From: a bacterium
Lineage (GTDB): Bacteria > JAAXHH01
Direction: 5' to 3'
Assembly (NCBI GenBank): GCA_965262815.1
Contig: OZ253560.1
Span: 2,868,582 to 2,932,581, forward strand
DNA length: 64,000 nucleotides
Part shown: one piece after another, positions 1 through 8,878 of the stretch
Layout of the letters: each line of letters starts with the position of its first letter
How positions within the stretch are numbered: position 1 is the first letter of the stretch
Position numbers and translations under genes: made by a program
The notes under the pieces: generated by a model
The model's database searches: none
What the model was told of the DNA's origin: nothing
The model's input: the letters and a program-made list of their open reading frames with translations, nothing else

Positions 1-467
1 TCCAGGGCCATATCCTGATATCCGCCCGGCAAGGGGTCGAACTTAAGGGCCGTGAAGCCATCAGACGCCGCGTTTCGCGCGGACTCGTACATGGTTTCCG
101 GCGTGCCGCCCCCTCCCAGCAGGTGAAGCCTGACCTTGTCCCTGCAGTTTCCTCCCAGCAACTCCCAGACCGGTACGCCGAAGTGCTTTCCCTTGATATC
201 CCACAGGGCGATGTCGACGGCGCTGACCGCGCCGGACAGGGCGCTTCCGCGGAAGGGCGACATGCGATATAGATACTGCCAGTGATGCTCGATGCGGAAC
301 GGGTTCTGACCGACCAGGTAGTCTTTGAACCGCTCCACGATCTGGTGCACGGCCTCCGGATAGCCCCAGCAGGCGGTCTGGCCCACTCCGGTGATTCCGC
401 TGTCGGTACGGATTCGTAAAACATATCCACCACCGATGTAATACGAGGCGATGTCTTCTATTTTCAC
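1..467 (-). CDS. Enolase-superfamily dehydratase (mandelate racemase/muconate lactonizing enzyme N-terminal domain, ManD/RspA-like), 5' part only; gene runs off window start
   Basis: Minus-strand translation from GTG at 465-467 gives (M)KIEDIASYYIGGGYVLRIRTDSGITGVGQTACWGYPEAVHQIVERFKDYLVGQNPFRIEHHWQYLYRMSPFRGSALSGAVSAVDIALWDIKGKHFGVPVWELLGG..., typical enolase-superfamily N-terminal capping domain. AAGAAAGG RBS lies upstream. Not in the ORF track because it is truncated; the track's 61..588 ORF is a different frame. Confidence 0.55.
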   Translation of the reverse strand, partial: MKIEDIASYYIGGGYVLRIRTDSGITGVGQTACWGYPEAVHQIVERFKDYLVGQNPFRIEHHWQYLYRMSPFRGSALSGAVSAVDIALWDIKGKHFGVPVWELLGGNCRDKVRLHLLGGGGTPETMYESARNAASDGFTALKFDPLPGGYQDMAL

Positions 468-786
468 ATTCGATGCCTTTCTTGGAGCCACGGCGGAACC
501 CTGGCGGCAGGTACCGGGTAATCTCCCCGGAACTGGATGTGGATGGACAAATGTCAAGTAAGCGGAGTTTTTGCCGCCCCGCAACCATAAATCAAAATCG
601 TCGTCCGCATATTTTACTATTGAAGTTTTTACTTGTAGACCCCCTATGATGCCCTGTATACTCACTTTACAGATACTTCATTCGCTATGCGATTCTGTTA
701 AGAACCCCTGGTACGGTCCGCCGCGGTGGTTCCCGCCGGGCAATTGAGTCTGACTGTGCCGGGAGGTATCCCCTAGGAGATCGAAC

Positions 787-2211
787 ATGTATACGGAAGA
801 GACCGGATTGAATTTCGACCCGCGGTACGAGGACACGGAAAAGTTTAAAGCACTTTCCCGGCGTGGGTTCATCGGGCGGATCGCCGGCGGTCTCGCTGCT
901 GGAACGGCCCTCCTGTCCATGGCCGGCAAGGCCAGGGCTAAACCGCCGTTACCTGAAGGTCATTTGCCGGAACCCTCCGATATCGGGTATTGGAACTGGG
1001 TGGCTGACCAGTTTATCATCCGCGATGGCGTGTCCTACATGAATACCGGGACCCGGGGACCTTCTCCCGGTCCTGTCCACCGGGCGCAGATCGACGCGCT
1101 GGAAGGCGCCAACTCCAATTACAAGAGTTACAGCCAATATGTATACAACAGCGACTTCCGGTCCAATATGCGGGACAAGATGGCGAAGTTTGTCGGCTGC
1201 AAGTCCAACGAGGTCGCCTTCACCAACAATACGACCGAGGGCATGGTCTTCGGCACCTTCGGCATCGACATGGAACCGGGCGATGAAATCGTGACGACCA
1301 ATCACGATCATTCCAGTGGTGTACAGCCCATCAACCTTCGAGCGGCACGGGAGAAGACGAAAACCGTCATGATCGACCTGTCTTCGCCGGCGTTCCATCC
1401 ACCCGACAGCCCCGACGAGTTGCTCAAGGCCTTCGAGGCCGCCATTACGCCGCGCACCAAGTTGCTCAGCTTCTGCCATGTAAACTACGGCGACGGTCTC
1501 CTCCTGCCCGTGAAGGAAATCTGTGAGATGGCCCGTTCGAAGGGCGTCCTGACCCTGGTCGACGGCGCGCAGCCGCCGGGCATGCTCGATCTCAACATGC
1601 ACGACCTCGGTTGCGACATGTACGCGGGACCGTGCCACAAGTGGATGATGGCGTCCATGTACACCGGTTTCTTTTACGTCAATGAGAACATCGTGGACCG
1701 TGTGTGGCCGAGCATATACTCCGGACCGGTCAACGGTCTGACCATGTATGGAATGGAACCCACGGGTTTCGCCAAGGTGTACTACGACGAGTATCTCGCA
1801 GGCGCCGCCAAGTTCGAACTGCGTGGGTCGTCGAACGCGCCGGCACGGGTCGCCATCGACGCCGCGCTGGATTTCCACAACATGATAGGCCCCGCTGCGG
1901 TCGAGAGACGGAACCGCTACCAGGCCATGCGCGTGGCCAACGCCCTGCGCAACATCGACGGCGTCGACGTGTACAGCTCGCCCGATCCCCGTATGAGCGC
2001 GGCACTCGTCTCGTTCAAGGTCGGGGGGGTGGAAACCCGAGATCTCAACGACACGCTGTGGGAACGCCACAGGATCTACATCCGCAACGTCACCCACTCC
2101 GAGATCAACTGGGACGCCAACCGGACGTCGATGCACGTGATGGTTACCGATGCCCAGACCGACAAGTTCATCGGCGCTATCGAGGAAATCGCCAAGGAGA
2201 AACGGCTGTAG
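787..2211 (+). CDS. Aminotransferase class V-fold PLP-dependent enzyme (cysteine desulfurase/isopenicillin-N epimerase-like) with twin-arginine (Tat) signal peptide
   Basis: N-terminus SRRGFIGRIAGGLAAGTALLSMAGKARA is a Tat motif. Core CHVNYGDGLLLPVKEICEMARSKGVLTLVDGAQPPG...GPCHKW is class V PLP fold. AGGAGA RBS lies 8 nt upstream of the ATG. Confidence 0.75.
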   Translation: MYTEETGLNFDPRYEDTEKFKALSRRGFIGRIAGGLAAGTALLSMAGKARAKPPLPEGHLPEPSDIGYWNWVADQFIIRDGVSYMNTGTRGPSPGPVHRAQIDALEGANSNYKSYSQYVYNSDFRSNMRDKMAKFVGCKSNEVAFTNNTTEGMVFGTFGIDMEPGDEIVTTNHDHSSGVQPINLRAAREKTKTVMIDLSSPAFHPPDSPDELLKAFEAAITPRTKLLSFCHVNYGDGLLLPVKEICEMARSKGVLTLVDGAQPPGMLDLNMHDLGCDMYAGPCHKWMMASMYTGFFYVNENIVDRVWPSIYSGPVNGLTMYGMEPTGFAKVYYDEYLAGAAKFELRGSSNAPARVAIDAALDFHNMIGPAAVERRNRYQAMRVANALRNIDGVDVYSSPDPRMSAALVSFKVGGVETRDLNDTLWERHRIYIRNVTHSEINWDANRTSMHVMVTDAQTDKFIGAIEEIAKEKRL

Positions 2212-2270
2212 TCCAGCACAGTACTGCTGAACTTGCGGGTTTTGCGGGACAGAATCCCGAGGAATGAGTC

Positions 2271-2678
2271 ATGGCTTTTCTGCGTCATTTGGCGTTGCGT
2301 TGTCGAGACGTGGCCATATCGCGGCGTTTCTACGAGGAAGTGATCGGTTTCGACTTTATCGGACGCCGCGGTAACGGCGAAGCGGTCGATCTCAGCGACG
2401 GAACCGCCAACATCACGCTGCTGCCTCACGGAGAACAGGCCCGGCCGGCGCTCGAGGAAGGCGAGGAATACATCCATTTCGGCGTTCTGGTGGATGACCT
2501 CGAGGCTGCCTGGCACAGGGTGCGGAACTGGGGAGCGGAAGCGCCGAAGACCGTGAAGGGCCGTGACGCCATCTCCTCCGAAACCCCACCGGAGATCGCT
2601 TTCAAGGCCATCGATCCCGATGGCAACATTGTCGACATTTCCGGTGACAGGGACGAATGGCGCGGCGTGAAGATATGA
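2271..2678 (+). CDS. VOC family protein (glyoxalase/bleomycin resistance/dioxygenase fold)
   Basis: 135 aa. LRHLALRCRDVAISRRFYEEVIGFDF...IHFGVLVDDLEAAWHRV is the typical glyoxalase-I-like betaalphabetabetabeta module. Confidence 0.7.
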   Translation: MAFLRHLALRCRDVAISRRFYEEVIGFDFIGRRGNGEAVDLSDGTANITLLPHGEQARPALEEGEEYIHFGVLVDDLEAAWHRVRNWGAEAPKTVKGRDAISSETPPEIAFKAIDPDGNIVDISGDRDEWRGVKI

Positions 2679-2713
2679 ACAAGGGTTGATTCCCCGGTAC
2701 CGATCAACCTCCT

Positions 2714-4072
2714 ATGCGTATACTCCGATCGGCCGCGCTTTCGATTGACAAGTCCGTTGCTAGAGCGGCCGATTTGTTCGATTTCTCCCGCGGACGTCTC
2801 CCGCCCGGCACCCTTACCGCCGCCGCATGGCCCGGCCTGGTCCGGTCCCTGGTCCGACAGTTCAAGCAGGGCGTCGCCGGTGTAACGGGTACGAACGGCA
2901 AGCACACCACTTGCCGGATTCTGGCTGCGATCCTCCGGCAGGCTGACGCCCGCACGCTTTACCCCGATGATATCGCCCCTTCCATTGACGAAGTCGTCTC
3001 CACGCTTGTCCAGGCCACGGACCGCCGCGGCATGATCCATGCGGATTACGGTGTATTCGGTTTTGAAACCGGAATGCTGGGCAGGGCGATCAGGGTGTGC
3101 AGTCCACACACGCTGGTGCTGAACAACCTCTACCAGGACGAATTGAACCAGGAGGTCGATCCTGGTACACTGGTCGGAGAATGGAGCAATTGGTTCGGCA
3201 CCATGGCAGCCGGCCACAACATCCTCGTAAACGCGGACGACCCGGTCCTCTGCGGCGGATTCACACGCGGTGTTCCGCCGCGGCTGACCTACTTCGGCGT
3301 GGAAGATGAACGCCAGCACCTGGAGCATGCGTCCACGCCGGAGGTGCCGTGCCACCGGTGCCGCACCCCCCTCGCCTACCGAATCAACTGCCTGGCCCAT
3401 CTCGGCGACTACGCCTGCGAAGGCTGCGGGTGGGAAAGACCGCTGCCTACGGTCTATGCAATCGATGTGGAACTGGGAACGGAAGATTCCTGCTTCCGGC
3501 TCATCACGCCGCGGGGTCCCCTGGACGTCCGTCTCCGGTTGTCGGGACTTCATAACGTGTACAACGCTGTGGCGGCGGCGGCGGCAGCCGTCACCCTCGG
3601 CCTGAGTCCCGTGACGATACGCAAGGGGCTCGAAGCGGTAACGTCGACAGGCGGGCGGGACGAACGGGTGGTGATCCATGAAAGGGAAGCGCACCTGATG
3701 ACGATCAAGAACAGGACATCGCTGCACGAAGCGCTCAGAACCTGCCTGTTGGAACGCAGACGCGGCCACTACCTGTTTCTCCTGGACGAGGCGGTGCAGG
3801 ACGGAAAAACAGGGCCATGGATCGAGGACTGCGACCTGGAAGGTGTGGTGGACCGGTCAAGGTCCGTCCATGTGGCCGGAGCAGGCGGCGCGCACCTGGC
3901 CCTCATGGACGAGCAGATGGACGCGGAAGAGATGGCTTCGGCCGCGGACGTCAGCGACGTATTCCACGATATCATGCGCCGTCTCACGCCGGGCGACCGG
4001 CTGTGGGTCCTGGCGACCGAAGGCGCTATGTTCGCGGTCAGGCAGGAATTGAAGGAAATGGGGATACTTTGA
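2714..4072 (+). CDS. murT: Mur ligase family protein, MurT-like (lipid II isoglutaminyl synthase subunit; Mur-ligase central domain + Cys4 ribbon + DUF1727)
   Basis: GVTGTNGKHTT P-loop (Mur ligase), LVNADDPVL, Cys4 ribbon CHRCRTPLAYRINCLAHLGDYACEGCG, GLHNVYNAVAAAAAAVTLGL and GRDERVVIHEREAHLMTIKN align motif-for-motif with S. aureus MurT. No gatD neighbour. Confidence 0.75.
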   Translation: MRILRSAALSIDKSVARAADLFDFSRGRLPPGTLTAAAWPGLVRSLVRQFKQGVAGVTGTNGKHTTCRILAAILRQADARTLYPDDIAPSIDEVVSTLVQATDRRGMIHADYGVFGFETGMLGRAIRVCSPHTLVLNNLYQDELNQEVDPGTLVGEWSNWFGTMAAGHNILVNADDPVLCGGFTRGVPPRLTYFGVEDERQHLEHASTPEVPCHRCRTPLAYRINCLAHLGDYACEGCGWERPLPTVYAIDVELGTEDSCFRLITPRGPLDVRLRLSGLHNVYNAVAAAAAAVTLGLSPVTIRKGLEAVTSTGGRDERVVIHEREAHLMTIKNRTSLHEALRTCLLERRRGHYLFLLDEAVQDGKTGPWIEDCDLEGVVDRSRSVHVAGAGGAHLALMDEQMDAEEMASAADVSDVFHDIMRRLTPGDRLWVLATEGAMFAVRQELKEMGIL

Positions 4073-4084
4073 ACGATCGCCGTA

Positions 4085-4858
4085 TCAGTTCCACGGCGGC
4101 CGGTCGCACCCTTCGAAGGGATAGTGATCGCCGGTCCGGAAACGAGGAAGCGGAGGATAGTAATTGATACCGTCCACGACCTTGCCGCGGCACAGGTAGG
4201 CGGGGAAGTTCTCCCGCTTGATGCGCGTGGTCGTGGGAATGTAACGGAGCGTCAACCCGCACCGGCGCCTGTCGGACAGGTTGGCCTTCGAACCGTGAAT
4301 CAGGTAGGGATCGTGCAGGGATACGCCCCCCGCCGGCACGACGACGTCGACCGCCCGGGATTCGTCCACCTTCAAATCCAGTGCCGAACGCAGGACATTC
4401 TCCCCATCCGACGTGCGGTGCCTGTACAGCTTCTGATCCGCGTGGCTCCCCGGTACAACCCGCATGCATCCGTTCTCCGGGATCGAATCGTCCACGGCCA
4501 GCCAGATCGTAATGACCTCCATGTGTTCAAGCGGCCAGTAGTTTCCATCCTGGTGCCATAACACCGGCTGTCCGTCGCGGGGCGGCTTGCTGATGTAGTG
4601 GGCCGCGAAGAGCGCGATATCGGGACCCAGGAAGGGTTCTATGAGGTCGATCAGGCGGGGGTCGGTACACAGTCGGATCCAGAACGGATCGTCCACGATC
4701 AGGTTGTGGTGGTACTGTTCCGGCCGGACGTCGGGATACTTCCCGCCCATCCATTCGATATGCCCCTGGGCTTCCTCGGTCAGATCCTGGTCGATGACCC
4801 CGGGCAGGACGACATAACCGTCTTCTTCATATTTCCGTACGATATCGGTACCGTTCAT
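4085..4858 (-). CDS. Phytanoyl-CoA dioxygenase (PhyH) family Fe(II)/2-oxoglutarate-dependent oxygenase
   Basis: LWHQDGNYWPLEH...IWLAVDDSIPENGCMRVVPGSH...LSDRRRCGLTLRYIP: HxD...H facial triad and Arg of the PhyH fold. Close paralog of 38732..39565. Confidence 0.8.
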   Translation of the reverse strand: MNGTDIVRKYEEDGYVVLPGVIDQDLTEEAQGHIEWMGGKYPDVRPEQYHHNLIVDDPFWIRLCTDPRLIDLIEPFLGPDIALFAAHYISKPPRDGQPVLWHQDGNYWPLEHMEVITIWLAVDDSIPENGCMRVVPGSHADQKLYRHRTSDGENVLRSALDLKVDESRAVDVVVPAGGVSLHDPYLIHGSKANLSDRRRCGLTLRYIPTTTRIKRENFPAYLCRGKVVDGINYYPPLPRFRTGDHYPFEGCDRPPWN

Positions 4859-5179
4859 CAGGGTAAATTCCTATCGTTCGTGTTCGAGGTGTTTGCGCAG
4901 TGCGCGGCCCACGACGCCGATCTGGTGCTATAAATCCTGATACGTGTAGCTCTGGTGACGGCCACAGTTTCAGGTAGGTTTTCGCAACCCGGAAAATAGT
5001 GCAGTTCGCACGAATCTGTCAAGAGCGATCCGGTATCGGCGGCGACCGAAGATCGTTGCCCACGGTTGCCAGGCAACCCTTGAAACCACCGGTTTCGCCC
5101 GGATTCACCACCTGGTTCAAGGACGAAAACCACCTCGGTGAACGGGTGCTGGGACCGTACCTTTAAAATAAAGGAATGG

Positions 5180-5208
5180 TTGACACTACACCGGGGAACA
5201 TGTATCTT
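5180..5208 (+). promoter_or_regulatory. Putative sigma70-type promoter for korAB (-35 TTGACA 5180-5185, 17-nt spacer, -10 TATCTT 5203-5208)
   Basis: Read directly in the 440-bp intergenic region, about 90 nt upstream of the korA ATG. Confidence 0.35.
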
Positions 5209-5300
5209 GATGATTCCCATTATTCTTTGCATCACCCGACAACAATTCGTATGCAGTTCTGCAAATCAGCTTGTCCGTGATATACAGACTGGAGAAACCG

Positions 5301-7145
5301 ATGAGTTCAGACAGATTCGACTTTGCCATTGCCATAGGCGGCGCGGCGGGCCAGGGAATCGCCACTCCAGGCAATGTCCTCGCCCGGATTTTCATCCGCC
5401 GCGGACTGCACCTCAACGCCTACAATGCCTACCAGTCGATCATCCGGGGCGGCCATATATTCCTCACAGTGAGAGTCAGCGATCAACCGGTGCACAGCCA
5501 TGGCGACAAACTCGACCTGTTGGTCTGTCTGAACCAGGATACGATGGATCGGCACCTGGGCCTCATGGGGCCGGGTACGTGGGTCCTCTACAACAGCGAT
5601 ACGATCACGCCCGGGGTCCCGGCGGCCGGCGTCCACAGTTGTCCTCTTCCCATCGCCGAACTGACCGACAACAACCGCAACAAGCTCGTGCAGAACACCG
5701 TTTCACTCGGAACGATCCTCAAACTTCTCGACATGGATTTCCAGATCCTGGAAGACATCCTCACCATGCAGTTCCAGCGCAAGGGCCAGGACGTGGTCGA
5801 CGAGAATGTCGGCGTGGCGCGTGCGGGTTACGACTATGCCGCCACGCACTTTGAGCCCTTTTCAATGCCGGTACCCACCGGCGACAAGCCGATGGCGGTC
5901 TGGACGGGCAACGACGCGCTGGCCATGGGCGGCGCGGCGGCGGGCGTCAAGTTCTACTGCGCCTATCCCATGAGTCCATCCACGGGCGTACTCCACTGGA
6001 TGGCGCAAAACGCGCGGGAGCTGGGCATCATGGTGCGGCAGGTCGAAGACGAGATCGGCGTGGCCAACATGGCGATCGGCGCAGCGCACGTGGGGTGCCG
6101 GTCGATGTGCGCGACGTCGGGCGGCGGTTTTGCCCTGATGACCGAGGCGGTCGGCAGCGCCGCCATGATGGAAATACCCGTTGTTTTCATTGACGTGCAG
6201 CGCGCAGGACCATCCACGGGTGTGCCCACCAAGACGGAGCAGGGCGACCTCTGGCAGATACTCGGCGCGAGCCAGGGGGATTTCGAACGGTTCATCGTGG
6301 CGCCCACGGATGCCCTGGACGCCTTCAACACCATGCCCGAACTTTTCAACCTGGTGGACAGCTACCAGTGTCCGGGCATCGTGATATCGGATCTGCTGAT
6401 CTCCGAAGGCACCTTCAGCGTCGACCCGGAAGACATCGATATGCAACCGAACATAGAGCGGGGCGCGTTGATTACCGAGCCGGCCAATGGCGCGAGCGAC
6501 ATCCCGACGGGCTCGCAGGAGGCCAACGGACACGGGCTCATCGGAGCCCCGAGCAACGGTTACCTCCGGTATGAAAACACCGAAAGCGGCGTCTCGCCAC
6601 GGGCCCTTCCCGGCGTGGAAGGTTACGCCCATGTGGTGGCCTCGGACGAGCACGACGAGGATGGCGTCCTGGTGAGCGACGAATTCACCAATCCCCACAA
6701 GCGCCGCAAGATGGTGGAAAAACGCGCTCGAAAATTCAAGGATATCTCGAGCCGGATCAATCCGCCCGGACTCTCCGGAGCCGAAGACGCCGAGATCACG
6801 CTCATCGGCTGGGGTTCCACCCTCGGCGTGATCAGAGAAGCGGTGGAAATCCTCAGCCGTGAAGGCATCGCCGTCAACCACCTCCCGGTCAGATGGATCG
6901 TCCCGCTCCACGTGGACGCCATTCAGGAGGTCTTCGACAAGGCGAAACGGACGGCTATCGTGGAGAACAACTATTCCGGTCAATTCCATCGCTATCTGCG
7001 CAGCGAAACGGGTTTGACGGCGGACGGCCATATCAGGAAGTACGATGGCGAGCCGTTCATGCCCCATCATATCGTGGATGGCGTCAAAGAACTGCTGGCC
7101 GGCACAACGAACTGCTACGTGCCCTATCAAGAAGTCATCGTCTAA
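5301..7145 (+). CDS. korA: 2-oxoacid:ferredoxin oxidoreductase alpha subunit (fused gamma-alpha, KorA/OorA-like)
   Basis: DFAIAIGGAAGQGIATPGNVLARIF (gamma-domain GGxGQG) followed by the alpha pyruvate-flavodoxin oxidoreductase core. Start moved to ATG 5301 (GGAGA RBS) from ORF-track 5271. Confidence 0.85.
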   Translation: MSSDRFDFAIAIGGAAGQGIATPGNVLARIFIRRGLHLNAYNAYQSIIRGGHIFLTVRVSDQPVHSHGDKLDLLVCLNQDTMDRHLGLMGPGTWVLYNSDTITPGVPAAGVHSCPLPIAELTDNNRNKLVQNTVSLGTILKLLDMDFQILEDILTMQFQRKGQDVVDENVGVARAGYDYAATHFEPFSMPVPTGDKPMAVWTGNDALAMGGAAAGVKFYCAYPMSPSTGVLHWMAQNARELGIMVRQVEDEIGVANMAIGAAHVGCRSMCATSGGGFALMTEAVGSAAMMEIPVVFIDVQRAGPSTGVPTKTEQGDLWQILGASQGDFERFIVAPTDALDAFNTMPELFNLVDSYQCPGIVISDLLISEGTFSVDPEDIDMQPNIERGALITEPANGASDIPTGSQEANGHGLIGAPSNGYLRYENTESGVSPRALPGVEGYAHVVASDEHDEDGVLVSDEFTNPHKRRKMVEKRARKFKDISSRINPPGLSGAEDAEITLIGWGSTLGVIREAVEILSREGIAVNHLPVRWIVPLHVDAIQEVFDKAKRTAIVENNYSGQFHRYLRSETGLTADGHIRKYDGEPFMPHHIVDGVKELLAGTTNCYVPYQEVIV

Positions 7146-7157
7146 GGAGTCCCAAAC

Positions 7158-8078
7158 ATGTCAGTGGAAACTTTAACCCGTGACGAAGTGGAAGAAACAC
7201 CGGCAGTACCGCTGAAAGCGAAGGATTTCAAGGGAAAGGTAGATCCCGACTGGTGTCCCGGTTGCGGTGATTTCGGCGTATTGAGCAGCCTGCAGCGGGC
7301 CTGCGTCAACCTGGGCCTGCGACCCCACGAGGTACTCACGATCAGCGGAATCGGGTGTTCGTCGAATTTCCCCGGATACTTTAATTCCTACGGGATGCAT
7401 ACACTCCACGGTCGTTCGCTTGCGGTGGCCACGGGCGCGCAAATGGCGAACCACGAACTCACCGTTTTGGTCACGGGCGGCGACGGCGACGGATACGGCA
7501 TCGGTGGAAACCATTTCACCCACACGGCGCGGCGCAATGTCGACCTGACCTATATCGTCATGGACAACCAGATCTACGGGTTGACCACGGGCCAGGTTTC
7601 CCCGACCAGCAGTATCGACATGCGGACCAAAAGCACACCCTTCGGCAGCGTGGAAACGCCGATCAATCCCATCACGGCGGCGATCATGAATGGCGCCACC
7701 TTCGTGGCGCGGGGATTCAGCGGCGACGCGCGGCACCTGACCCAGCTCATCGAGCAGGCCGTTCAGCACCGGGGCTTTGCATTGATCGACGTATTCAGCC
7801 CCTGCGTCACGTTCAACAAGGACAACGACTACCCGTTCTTCAAACAGCGGGTCAAGAAGCTGGAAGACGAAGGCCACGACCCGAGCGACTGGAAAACAGC
7901 CTGCGAAAAGGCCCTGGTCTGGGGGGATGAAATCTACACCGGCCTGTTCTTTCAAAAAACGGACGCGCCCACGCTGGGTGACCAGGAACCGGTGCTGGAC
8001 GAAGGCGGCGCGCTGGCGCGGCGTGATCTGGGAATCAGCCAGGAGCAGGCAGGCCGGATTGTCAAGCGGATGATGTAG
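7158..8078 (+). CDS. korB: 2-oxoacid:ferredoxin oxidoreductase beta subunit (TPP-binding, KorB)
   Basis: DWCPGCGDFGVLSSLQRA...GIGCSSNFPGYFNSYGMHTLHGRSLAVATG...GGDGDGYGIGGNHF is the TPP-binding GDG motif. It begins 13 nt after the korA stop. Confidence 0.9.
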   Translation: MSVETLTRDEVEETPAVPLKAKDFKGKVDPDWCPGCGDFGVLSSLQRACVNLGLRPHEVLTISGIGCSSNFPGYFNSYGMHTLHGRSLAVATGAQMANHELTVLVTGGDGDGYGIGGNHFTHTARRNVDLTYIVMDNQIYGLTTGQVSPTSSIDMRTKSTPFGSVETPINPITAAIMNGATFVARGFSGDARHLTQLIEQAVQHRGFALIDVFSPCVTFNKDNDYPFFKQRVKKLEDEGHDPSDWKTACEKALVWGDEIYTGLFFQKTDAPTLGDQEPVLDEGGALARRDLGISQEQAGRIVKRMM

Positions 8079-8097
8079 AACGGGAAATTCCGTAGTT

Positions 8098-8757
8098 TCA
8101 GATGAAGGGGCTTTCCTGCAATTCCCGGTGCACGGCGCGGTAGAGGGGGACCGGCGAGGCGCTTTCTTCCCCGCGTTCACCGTCGGTGGGCTCAATCATG
8201 TTCAGCGACAGGACCTTGTCCCTGAAACTCCGTGTCTCCATCCCTTCGCCAAGACCCTGTTCGTACACACTCTGCAGCTCTACCAGGGAAAATTCGTTGG
8301 GAAGCAGCAACAGGGCGATATTGGTGTAATTCAGCTTGGCTGCGATTCTTTCCGTGCACACCTTCAGAATCTCATTGTGATCGTAGGCCAGCGAGGGGGT
8401 ATCGTTAACGTAAAACCACTCCCCCCTGCGGTACTTGTCCACGGGTCCGAAGGGATCGCCGGGGCTGTCGGGAAACCCCATGTAAGCCGTCGAAATAGTA
8501 CGTCTTCTAGGGTCTCGGTCGATGGCGGAGAAGGTATAAACCTGCTCGAAATAGGCGCTGACCTGACCCGTTGCCTCGCGAAAGGCGCGACGGACCGCCG
8601 ACTCCAGGTCTTCCGTTTCAAGAACCAGCGTTCCGGGTAGTGAAAACCGGCCTACGAACGGTTCGATCTTCAACTCGACCAGGTAGACCAGCAACTTGCC
8701 ATCGAGGAATCTGAAGATCCCCAGGTCCGTGGCCGCGTATGGTTTGGTCGGAATCAT
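8098..8757 (-). CDS. NUDIX-fold protein with C-terminal NrtR-type winged-helix domain (putative NrtR-like regulator)
   Basis: N-terminal NUDIX-like fold with a degenerate Nudix box (LPGTLVLETEDLESAVRRAFREATGQ). C-terminal roughly 90 aa resemble the NrtR DNA-binding domain. Confidence 0.5.
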   Translation of the reverse strand: MIPTKPYAATDLGIFRFLDGKLLVYLVELKIEPFVGRFSLPGTLVLETEDLESAVRRAFREATGQVSAYFEQVYTFSAIDRDPRRRTISTAYMGFPDSPGDPFGPVDKYRRGEWFYVNDTPSLAYDHNEILKVCTERIAAKLNYTNIALLLLPNEFSLVELQSVYEQGLGEGMETRSFRDKVLSLNMIEPTDGERGEESASPVPLYRAVHRELQESPFI

Positions 8758-8878
8758 ATCAAGGTCATGTTTGCATGGTTTTTAAGGGCGTGGCAAGAGA
8801 AAAATGGGCGAAACCCATCGGATAGGTTCCGGGTAGAATTCGGTTTTCGTCCAGGAATTGGGAGCCAGTTCGCAATCT

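Noticed and set aside
61-588. 175-aa minus-strand ORF, Arg-rich (MVAGRQKLRLL...)
   Set aside because: Out-of-frame shadow of the real enolase-superfamily gene (1..467, minus). Arg/Pro/Gly-rich composition is typical of GC-rich antisense or alternative frames.
949-2136. 395-aa minus-strand ORF opposite the class V aminotransferase gene
   Set aside because: Antisense to a well-supported CDS; low-complexity RVHGD-rich translation; no homology signal.
2426-3769. 447-aa minus-strand ORF opposite murT
   Set aside because: Antisense GC-driven ORF; no motifs.
4859-5300. Long intergenic regions (also 48773-49096) scanned for tRNA/ncRNA/riboswitch
   Set aside because: No tRNA T-loop/GTTCGA-type signatures, no recognisable TPP (CUGAGA), cobalamin or SAM riboswitch cores. 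Only promoter-like elements and palindromes were found, reported separately.
5862-7130. 422-aa minus-strand ORF opposite korA
   Set aside because: Antisense GC-driven ORF.
8079-8097. Imperfect hairpin AACGGGAAATTCCGT between korB and the NUDIX gene as terminator
   Set aside because: Stem is imperfect (4-5 bp) and only 19 bp separate the convergent stops. Too weak to call.
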